Positions 53,606 to 64,000 of a DNA stretch of 64,000 nt are shown here, piece after piece. Numbering within the stretch: position 1 is the stretch's first letter; each line of letters begins with the position of its first letter. This stretch comes from Octopus sinensis. Taxonomy: Eukaryota. Under the pieces are notes generated by a model that worked only from the letters and a program-made list of their open reading frames with translations, was not told the DNA's origin and did no database searches. The position numbers and the translations under genes are program-made. The DNA lies in the NCBI RefSeq assembly GCF_006345805.1, contig NC_043007.1, positions 30,008,001 to 30,072,000 of the forward strand, written 5' to 3'.

Positions 53606-53959
53606 TTGGTGGTTTGCGTATGTTCAAGTTAAATGGTGCAGTTCTCGGAATTTATGGATGGAAAAAACTTTTTTCCATTCAATACCTGTTTTAAAACATT
53701 TATTAAACTCTCTGTCTCTCTATTTTCTCTCTCTCTCACTCACATACACACACACACACACACAGTCACATCTCCCTCTGCTCCATCCCCGGCCACACGG
53801 TCCCAGAAATACCATATAAGCATAGATATTGCTGCTGTTGTTGACCTATTTCATCTGACCCCCAAGTGAATCCCGTTCGAACCGCTGTATGACCTTGCAT
53901 TCATTTTTAACACCGAGGCTGGAAGGAGCAGGGCTTGAAACCTTTGCAGTTCTTCTGAG

Positions 53960-54560
53960 GTTCCTGTGGTTGGTGCTGTTGATGTTCCGTTTAATCCGTA
54001 GTTGTAGGTCAACCGTTGCAGGAAACAACTGAGCAGGGAGAAGATTCCAAATGACCCCTGTTATGGAGAAGAAAGACCAGACATGACGGTTAATCAGTAT
54101 CCGGATAGTTGGGGGGAGGAGAAATAAAAAGCTGAGTGGGTGGGGAATGCATGGCCAGTGGAGGTAAAGGAAAAGTCAGCTCCGAGGAGTGGAGGCCATT
54201 ATTGTAGCGTTAGAAAAGACAGAGAGCGAGAGAGCGGACAACAGGCTTGTGGGCCAGAATCCGGAATGTCTCCAGTAGCGACTGGATTCTGATCAATCAA
54301 GAGACCCTTCATTGTATGCAGTTCAAGATCTCTTGTGTGTATAGTAGCAGTATCATCTCACATTTAGGAGCAGTACTCAATCGCGGGCGCTTTATAGAAT
54401 GTTAACAGTTGTTGCGGTCTGAAATCCTTTCTATTTCTACAGAGACGAACAAGTCTTTGGGTACGGTTCTTGCATGCTAAGAATGTGCATTTGTCGGGAG
54501 AGGGATCTACGATGAGAGGGTGATCCGGCATTTGGAGCCACTGTGAGAGCGCTGGCTGAG
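53960..54560 (-). mobile_element. Degenerate CR1/L2/Jockey-group LINE 3' fragment
   Basis: QQLLTFYKA..IEYCS and SFFSITGVIWNLLPAQLFPATVDLQ match the typical C-terminal LYK..RP.LEY and SFF.RT..LWNxLP motifs. Confidence 0.55.
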
Positions 54561-55489
54561 TGCCGCTAATGTTAAACGGGTTGCTATGCTGTGGCGTTTT
54601 CTTGGTATATTTAGTGCTTGAAGATTTTTGCTGTTAAAACAATCACAATCGATATGACTACACCGTATCTAAGAATATGCAAGCTTATGAAGGCAATGAC
54701 GGAGATTCGGTATTATTTTTAGCAAACCGAATGACTACATAGATGCTCCATGTTTGTCGCCGGATCATTTGTGTTAAACCGGGCGTTGTGTTAGAGGCCC
54801 TACATAAAGAAATTTAGTGACCAAATAAACTTAAACTCTCTAACGATGCTTGAAATGGAAGGCGTACCTCTGACCTCTCAACTAGTGGTTCAGTACGCTA
54901 TCCACTCAGCCATTTCTGTGTATTACACCATTTTGTAAATCTTCTTTTTGGAAGCCACAAGTTAAAAGTGTGCCAATGAAAATATAAATACCAGTCTCGG
55001 GTTTCCTCGCCTATAATTGTACTTCTTGACTCAGGCCTCCATATATCAAAGACAACAAGGATAGCAGCGATATTGTAACATGACCAGTAGTCGGCCTGTT
55101 AAGGTTTCAATCTCGGTTCAGGGTAATTCAGTGCAGAAAAGAGGTTGAATTACAAAATGAAAATGGTGTTAATTATTCTACGAAACCATTATTTTCTAGT
55201 TCTGTTACGCTATTAAAATAATTATACCACCATTGTTGTTATTACCATTATTCTATTATTTCTGAAAATGCAATAATCATCTGCCATTCTATATCCAATA
55301 CAGATGGGGGGGGGGTACTTTAGTATGTGTGTGTGAGTGAGTGTATATAATCCACAATCATTAGTCCGACAAAAGACTTTGTCGGACTAATGATTGTTGA
55401 GTAAATATTTATTCATCCGCTGACTTATCTTTGAGGTCTTTATTCTGAGTGGCTGGACATGGGTTTTCTTGAACTTTTCACCCTTTGGG

Positions 55490-56060
55490 GCAGGCATGGC
55501 CACGTGGTAAGAAGCTTGCTCTCCAATTACGCAGTTTCGAGTTCAATCCCATGTATGTATGTATGTGTGTATGTATGTATGTATGTATGTATGTATGGGC
55601 GCAGGAGTGGCTGTGTGGTAAGTAGCTTGCTTACGAGGCACATGTGTATGTTTGTGTGTCGGTGTTTGTCCCAACATCGCTTAACAACCGATGCTGGTGT
55701 GTTTACAGCAAGAGAGACCGATAGAATAAGTCTTACAAAGAATAAGTCTTGGAATCGATTTGTTCGACTAAAGGCGGTGCTCCAGCATGGCCGCAGTCAA
55801 AGACTATAACAAGTAAAAGAATAAAAGAATATGTATGTATGTCGGTATGTATGTGTGTGTGTGTGTGCGTTTGTGAGTTTGTCCTCTACAACTACTTGAC
55901 AACTGATATTGGTTTGTTTACATCCCCGTAACTTAGCGGTTCGGTAAAAGGAGACCTACAGAAGAACAGGCTTCAAAATAATAAGTAGTGGAGCTGATTT
56001 GTTCGACTTATTCCCTTCAAAACGGTGCTCCGGTATGGCCGCAGTATCGTGACTCAAAAG
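55490..56060 (+). mobile_element. SINE copy or copies with internal microsatellites and duplicated tail
   Basis: GGCATGGCCACGTGGTAAG head, GAGTTCAATCCC, tail GGCGGTGCTCCAGCATGGCCGCAG twice. Confidence 0.65.
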
Positions 56061-56065
56061 GTGGA

Positions 56066-56102
<37 letters not shown>

Positions 56103-56244
56103 TATACACTCACACATTTGTTCATTTATAAATATACAAACGTGCTTGTGTGTGTGTGTGTGTGGTGTGTGCATACCCATGGCTCTGCTCGTTCGTAATG
56201 GTTAAAATAAACCAAAAAAGGAAAGAATGCAAGAGAGTGTATAA

Positions 56245-56290
<46 letters not shown>

Positions 56291-56536
56291 ATGTCTAATG
56301 TTACAATGAGTGGGTGTATAATATTTGGTTCAACATTTTTCACAAACGTTTCTGAATGATTGACCGAAATCGAGAAATTCAAGACGGAACCTCACACCTT
56401 ACCCCCCACGCCCCACCCCACGGGCTCCCCCCACCACCACCACCACTTTCGTTCCCACTGTCGTCACAACCGTTAGCGCAACCGTCTTCTCCTCCCAAAA
56501 GAATAAAATGCACGACAAAGTGAAAGAATTGAAAAA

Positions 56537-56588
<52 letters not shown>

Positions 56589-59109
56589 AGGAAAGAAAGA
56601 AGAGAAAGAGAAGAGAACTGAATGAAAAACTATCTGAATGAAAGACGGGGATGTAATAGGGAATAAATGAAGTGAAAAGAAATGAATGAAGATAAATAGA
56701 ATTTTTAATGAAATAGTTTCGGTTTAGGGGAAGGTGTGTGTGTGCTTTTACGTTTGGACCCTAAGAATTCGAGGGCATAACCATTCTCTGTTGTTTGGTA
56801 ATGTGTCTAACACTGGCTCCGGGCATGAACACACACTCGCACACACACACACACATTCGCACACACATGTGCATGTATGCACACACGCATACCACGTGCA
56901 CGTGCTCACTCTCGTAAACAATCGCACAAGTTACTTTCAAATGTATTTATATATTCATACGCCTTGTTGACAGGCAACCACCAAGTGTGTGTATAATATA
57001 TACATACATATACACATACATACGTGCATGCCTTTGTATCACTCTCTATATATATAATTGAATACACACACACACACGCACACACACACACACACAAACC
57101 ACACATATATATATATTGTATATATATATGAATGTTTGTGTGTGCATGTATGAGTTTATAATTATAAGGGTGCCTATGTGTGTATGAGGCGTCGGTTGTC
57201 TAGTTATCTGCATGTATACATGGCATGTATACACACCCAACATACGTGGCATCAAACAGATATTGTGCGTTTAAAGAATTTTGATGCGATCCTAAAATGC
57301 AATAACAACACTTGAGACCGTACACCATTTGGCCACATGTGGATGGACGGATTCATGCATGCATACATATATGGCTATAAATGTATGTTTATATATGCAT
57401 ATGTATGTACATATATCTAGATGTGTGTACATGTATATATATATATATATATATATACACATACAAACACAAACACACACAGACACACACACACACACAT
57501 ATATATATATACATATACATATTTGAATTTATATGTATACGTATACACACATATACACCCACTTATACAGATACACACAAAGGTGTTAGACACATAAGAA
57601 CGCACAAATGTAGACATACTCACGTATGCTAAAATACACATACACACACACGCACGCGCACACACACACACACACACACACACCACACACACACACACGC
57701 ACACACATGCCATCAATGGCTTCCAAAAGTTTGGCGTGTCCATGTTAGCTACGTGAAATTTCTTTCAATATGCATTCGCTAGATAAAGAAGCCATTCGCG
57801 TTGACTGTCTATACAAACATACATACAAACATACATGCATGCATACATACATACATACATACATACACACACATATGCATTCATATACACTATATACATA
57901 TATATATGTATATATGTATATATGTATATTCACGCGCACATATACATACAGACATGACACTTTTACGCACACACTTTACATTTATATGGGCATGTCTATG
58001 TTTCCAGAATACCATCTATAGACTTGTGGCTTTGTTTAGTCCACGCCACCACCAGCACCACTACCACCACCACCACCACCACCACCACCACCACCACCAC
58101 CGCCACCACCGCCGCCACCAGCAACTAGTCTCACGTACGATGTGCCAGGAGTGTTTGTTATAAAGATGGCGTCCACCATTATCTTATCTCGCGTCATCGT
58201 GACGGCCACAACCAACACTGTTCTCTGTTCGAGGCTCTTCTCTTGTTAGTTCCACCATTTACTTGGCCGTCCCTTTATGGAACTCGTCTTTGTTTATACA
58301 CGCCTGTCTGTGTATCAGTCTGCCTTTTACGAATGTACCTATGTATGTATGTATTACGCATGCATGTATGTATACATGTCTAAGCACATAGGCGTGTGTG
58401 CTTTTGTGAGTAGTTGTGTCTGTGTGTGTGTATATATATAGATGTTGAAATGCCAAAGAAGAAGCCTTGGATCTAGGTTAGAAACCAGCTCTTTCTCTGT
58501 TGGCAAGAAACATTGAAATAGAACTGAATAACATACATACATATTTTATTTAATTTGCTTTGCGGGAACAACTTTTTTTACTGAAAGCACATATTTTTGT
58601 TAAATGCTCGAAATACTAGACTAAAAAAAACAGCCGACAACTGATGAAGGGTCGTTCTTTATGTTGTTTGTTTTGTTTTCCATTTGTGTCTTTCGTTGTT
58701 CGAAAGAATAGCTCATGTTCCATGTACTCGTGCTTCGTACCTTTTTGTTGTACACGTTTCGTAACGTCCACTGCCCATATATGCATATATGTAATTTATA
58801 TATATAATTTTTATTACATACATAATACCCACATGCTGTGCATTGCGACAAGAGCCATATGTTAATATATATATCAATATATAATAAGTGTTGGGACCGA
58901 AGTTAATCCCAACACTTTTGAAAGGTACCTAAATGTACGTCTCTCTGACATTCCAGATCTGCCATCTGCTACATACTAGAACCAAAGCAGTGCAGCCTCG
59001 CTGGGTGTATGATCCATCAAAACACGAAGAAATCACTGGATCGTTGGATAAACTCACAGACATAAATAAAGGCAGAGAATATTTAATATTTGGTAAGAAT
59101 AAGGCAATG

Positions 59110-59500
59110 AGCTGGCAGAAACGTTAGCACGCCGGGCGAAATGCTTAGCCGTATTTCGTCTGCCGATACATTCTGAGTTCAAGTTCCGCCGAGGTCGACT
59201 TTGCCTTTCCTCCTTTCGGGGTCGATTAAATAAGTACCAATTATGCACCGGGGTCGATATAATCGACTTAATCCGTTTGTCTGTCCTTGTTTGTCCTCTG
59301 TGTTTAGCCCCTTGTGGGTAGTAAAGAAATAGGTATTTCGTCTGTCTTTACGTTCTGAGTTCAAATTCCGCAGAGGTCGACTTTGCCTTTCATTCTCTCG
59401 GGATCGATAAATTAAGTACTAGTTGCGTACCGTGATCGATCTAATCGACTAGCCCCTTCCCCCAAGACTTTCAGACCTTGTGCCTAGAGTAGAAAAGAAT
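59110..59500 (+). mobile_element. Dimeric SINE; the first monomer ends in a Tx1-like tail
   Basis: Two GTATTTCGTCTG...TTCTGAGTTCAA.TTCCGC.GAGGTCGAC modules separated by TTGTCCTCTGTGTTTAGCCCCTTGTGGGTAGTAAAGAAATA. Confidence 0.7.
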
Positions 59501-59684
59501 ATTTGATAAGAGTGCTCCAGCATCGCCATGCTTGTCACGTCTAAAACAAACAAAACCTCAAAAGAACACACACACACACTCACACATTATATATTTATTG
59601 GCGAATGCACATATATGTATGTATGTGTGTATGTGTGTGTGTATGCATGCATGTATGTATGTATTTATGTCTGTCTGTCTGTCC

Positions 59685-59727
<43 letters not shown>

Positions 59728-60248
59728 ATGTATGTATGTATGTATGTGTGTGTGTATGTACATACAGAAAACATTTATATACATGAATATATTTCCTTTT
59801 GATGTCAGATTGGTGGCAATTATGATAATTATCAAATTATGAACAACCTGCAATAATTACCAGACGTCTTTGATGATTTTAATTACATAATTCTACTTAT
59901 TTATTTATTTATTTATTTATTCATTTATTAAAATGGCTTCTTCCGACAGAATCCCAAAATAACTGATCATATAGATCGCCATTAAGATATATTTTTAAAT
60001 ATCTCCCAACGAAGCAATTCATAAAATACACACCAGATTTTATTTATTCAACCAAATATTGTTGTGTGTAGTTATTATAGATTACAGGTAATAATAGATT
60101 AAGATATTATATATCGTCAATATGGGAGTGACTTCAACGTATCGTAAGATAAATACTGCGTGCTTAACCAATCCTGGCGCCCTACATGTTGATGTGCCTA
60201 GGTTCTAACGAATCTTGCAACTGATATATACACATATATACATACATA

Positions 60249-60254
<6 letters not shown>

Positions 60255-60311
<57 letters not shown>

Positions 60312-60423
60312 CTATCTATCTATCTATCTTTCTATCTATCTATTTATCTGTCTGTCTGTCTGCCTGTCTGTCTGTATGTCTGCCTGTCTGTCTGTCTATC
60401 TACCTACCTACCTACCTACCTAC

Positions 60424-60481
<58 letters not shown>

Positions 60482-60527
60482 GTCTGTCTGTCTGTCTGCC
60501 TGCCTGTCTGTCTATCTGTCTGTCTGA

Positions 60528-60622
<95 letters not shown>

Positions 60623-60625
60623 CAC
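60255..60625. repeat. (CT)n/(ATCT)n/(GTCT)n field
   Basis: Seen directly. Confidence 0.95.
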
Positions 60626-61431
60626 ACACAGACACACACATACACGCATGTATGTATACATACAGGGTGTGCCAAAAGTCACAGTTAAGTTCACTACGTT
60701 CCGGAATGATCAGACATGCTTCAGTTTTTGTTAAAATCGAATAAAATAAATAAAATAATGATGAATACACAGGTACATTTTGTACGTGAGGAACAAAATG
60801 AATAATAATAATGACAATACTGATAACATAATATAAAGAAAATGTTTTAGTGCGTGACATTTGGCCCAACCTACATCTATATGAGTTAGAGGTTAAACAA
60901 CCATCTAAGGGATAATAAATATCCAGTATACTACTGGATGCATACCTATGGCTTTATATCGAAATGCTTATTGTTGTAAGGCAATATGGTGCTATTGAAT
61001 AATAGGTATGAGCGGAGGTAAATAAAAGTTTGTCCAGAATTTTAAAATGTCGAGTTCAGTCCCACTGCACGGAACCTTGGCCAAGTGTCTTCTACCAAAG
61101 CACCAGCCAACAATGCCTTCTGAGTGAATTTGCTGGACGGAAACTGCGTGGAAACTCGTCGTAAATATGTGTGTGCTTGTGTGTGTGTGCTTGTGTGTGT
61201 GTGCTTGTGTGTGTGTCTGAGCGCGCGCGAATGTGTGTGCATTTGTGTTTGTCTTCCATCATCGCTTGACAACCGGTGTTCGTTTGTTCACGTTCCCGTT
61301 ACGTAGTAGTTCGGCAAGAGAGTGTGATACAATAAGTACAAGGCTTGAGAAAAAAATAAGTACTCGGGTCGATTTACATTATTTACATTATTTACATTCG
61401 ACGGATATTTGTCCTCATCTTGTTTGTTGTT

Positions 61432-61477
61432 AACACAACGTTTCGGCTGATATACCCTCCAGCCTTCATCAGGTGTC
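61432..61477 (-). ncRNA. Type I minimal hammerhead ribozyme motif, intact
   Basis: GACAC CUGAUGA A GGCUG(GAGGGUAUAU)CAGCC GAAAC GUU GUGUU. Zero-loop ACGU palindrome. Confidence 0.75.
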
Positions 61478-61567
61478 TTGCGGAAAGGCCGTGGGGCATA
61501 TTGCATAGTGGTTAAGAGCGAGGGATACTAACCCCAAGATTCCGAGTTCGATTTCATGCAGTGACCG

Positions 61568-61602
<35 letters not shown>

Positions 61603-61621
61603 TAATAATAATAATAATAAT

Positions 61622-62386
61622 AGAGGGATTTTTAATTGCAGCACAAGACCAAAGCCTCCCCACCAGAAATTACCAAAAACATCTAATGAAAAGAAATATT
61701 ACAAGTAACTGCAGAATATGTGGAGATGGACAAGAAACAATAAATCATATTATCTCTAGCTGCCCAGTCCTGGCTAAGAAGGAATATATTCACAGACATG
61801 ACAGAGTTGGAACCTACATACATTGGAAGCTATGCCAACATTATGGAATAACAACAGAAAAAAGATGGTATAGGCACACACCAGAAAAGGTCACAGAAAA
61901 CGAGAAAGCAACCATACTCTGGGATATGCCGATACACACAAATAGAGAATTAAGGCCAACAGACCAGATATAGTTGTCAGAGACCATGAAGAAAAAAAAT
62001 GCTTTCTAATTGATGTATCAATACCGGCTGATGACAACGTGTCTCTAAAAGAAATGGAGAAACTCTCAAAATACAAAGACCTGGAAATAGAGGTAACCAG
62101 AATGTGGAATCTGAAAACAGAAACAATTCCTATCATAGTAGGTGCATTAGGCATGATAAAAAAATATTCAGACAAATACATAACAAAAACACCAGGACTT
62201 ACAAACACATATAACATACAGAAAATTGCACTACTAGGCACTGCAACACATCCTACGCAGAACACTTTCCATACAATAACCATCAGAGCATCACAACAAA
62301 TCACAGCACATACCCAAGGCACACAGAGCTGCGCTCGGTAGTGAAGTGAAAGCACGCTATAAAAATAAAAATAAAACTACTGAATG
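61622..62386 (+). mobile_element. R4/Dong-type (RLE) non-LTR retrotransposon 3' fragment inserted in (TAA)n
   Basis: EGFLIAAQDQ, CRICG..ETINHIISSC, RHD, RPDIVV..IDVSIP..KEMEKLSKY (PD-(D/E)xK nuclease), IIVGALG. Two frameshifts. (TAA)n on both sides. Confidence 0.88.
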
Positions 62387-62448
62387 ATAATAATAATAAC
62401 ATTGAAAACTACCTTAGGAATGAAAACCCAGGTTCGAAATTTCCCGAA

Positions 62449-62494
62449 GACATCTGATGAAGGCTGGAGGGTGTATCAGCCGAAACGTTGTGTT
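62449..62494 (+). ncRNA. Type I minimal hammerhead ribozyme motif, intact
   Basis: GACAU CUGAUGA A GGCUG(GAGGGUGUAU)CAGCC GAAAC GUU GUGUU. Confidence 0.75.
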
Positions 62495-63867
62495 AACAAC
62501 AAACAAGATGAGGACAAATATCCGTCAAATATAAATAATGTAAATAATGTACATTATTCCTCATCTCTTAAATATGGTACTGTATTATCGGGTTGATTTA
62601 TTCTACCGAACCCTTCTGGCGGTGCTCCAGCATGGCCACCGTTTAATGACCGAAACAAGTCAAAGAGAACAGAATTCTAAGATTAGCAGAAGCTTACGAA
62701 TTTCGCGGGAGGAATTCTTGTCAATGCTATCGATGACAGTCTTTGAGTGGCCCTTATTTATTGACCCCCACAAGAATGAAAGACTAAGTCAAGCAAGATT
62801 TGACTTCAGAACGTTTTGTAATTAAATACCAAGAGGTATTTCTTTTTCATCCGCCTCTGTTGATGCGGTCATGCTATGATAAAGAAACATGATACAAAGA
62901 CTGGTTGGCGCACAAGTCGCTCGATGGAATCTGAAATAAAAGCTTTAATAAAAAGAAAATAGTAAGAAATTTTTTTCTTTTTTATTATTTTGGAACTTGG
63001 GAATTACTATGAACTAATTGAAGAATATAACATCCTGGAAATGCCTTCCATTTTCAGCTTCAAAGAGTGGAACTCCTTCAAAGCATTGTACCATGACAAG
63101 TCAGAATCTTTTTGGCTCCAAAAATCTAAATTTTTTGTCGAATATTATTATTTATCCTTTCATGGAATGGTTATTTCCTTTTCTTTTATCAACACATAAA
63201 CAAAAAGAATGCTATCAAAATCCATTTTAAGATTATTTTAAGTTTAAATATCAAAAATGACTTTTGCTTCACCTTCTATAAATTAAAATATAGATTATTG
63301 ATCTTTGCTTCTAATTGATGTTGTTTAACCCAAGTTTGTCATGATCAAAATCTATAAATAATTCTGTTCTTTCTTTAAATGTTAGGGTATATTCGGGGGA
63401 ATTTAGCTGCCGGTCAACTACATACAGGATCTCTCATCGGTTGCAGTGTGAAAATGCATACAGTTAATGTGTCCTGTTAAGGGAAAGTTGGCGACTGATA
63501 TTAAAACAAGACAGGTTTTTGTTTTTTACGATTACCCATTGTGTATCAATTGCAGTTGATTGGAAATGTAACAGACGAAATATATTCGCAATTGAAATTT
63601 GCAGTGATGACATATCGTTACACAAGAAACATCATTTATTAGAGATGAGTGAAAGGCTGAGGCAGATCAAATAGAAAAGTATGGCTAATAACCGATGATA
63701 TGGGCTGCAGTCCAACGACTGGAACAAATAAAAGATAATAGATGGATCAGGTTAGAAACGGAAGTTTGTAAAATATAGCCACACACACATACGAATATAT
63801 GCACACACACATTCACACACATATATTATAAATAGAAATGTATGTGTTTGTGTGTGTGTGTGTGTGT

Positions 63868-63907
<40 letters not shown>

Positions 63908-64000
63908 GCGCTTGTGCATGTGTGCGTATGAGGGTATATAGGTTCTGAAATTGTGCGGAAGCATTTGTCTGTTCCACACTAATTTTCAGGTGTGTGTATG

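Larger units (their letters stand above)
61377..62587 (+). mobile_element. tRNA-headed, HHR-tailed SINE (head 61494-61566, tail ~62400-62575) with inverted 5' tail copy (61377-61486), interrupted by an R4/Dong fragment
   Basis: A-box-like TTGCATAGTGG, B-box-like AGTTCGATTTC, (TAA)n linker, HHR tail. Flanked by an imperfect 13-bp repeat TCGGGT(C/T)GATTTA (61364-61376, 62588-62600) inside a host SINE. Confidence 0.8.

Noticed and set aside
58635-58760. CUGAUGA at 58641 with later GAAA, and a nearby minus-strand GAAACGUGUA
   Set aside because: No convincing stem II or stem I pairing.
60661-60870. TACAGGGTGTGCCAAAAGT, resembling a Tc1/mariner TIR
   Set aside because: No matching second TIR and no transposase found.

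Overview
AT-rich animal genomic DNA packed with microsatellites. The SINE families and repeat density suggest a coleoid cephalopod, probably Octopus (inference). One convincing host gene is present: an intronless class A GPCR (20776-21993, +). The rest is transposon-derived: a young 5'-truncated Tx1/L1 LINE with a 14-bp TSD, an RTE LINE with a twin-priming-type 5' inversion, an R4/Dong fragment in a (TAA)n tract, a Penelope GIY-YIG remnant, a DD36E Tc1-like remnant and many tRNA-derived SINEs. The main signal, invisible in the ORF track, is a set of type I minimal hammerhead ribozyme (HHR) motifs from at least five sequence-unrelated families. All have a palindromic stem III, and most sit in insertions with an inverted partial copy at the 5' end, the Penelope-type architecture. 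They include a ~548-nt tandem retrozyme-like unit (30473-31783) and a tRNA-headed SINE whose tail carries an HHR (6515-6950 and 61377-62587). All RNA structures were paired by eye; none was computed or tested.
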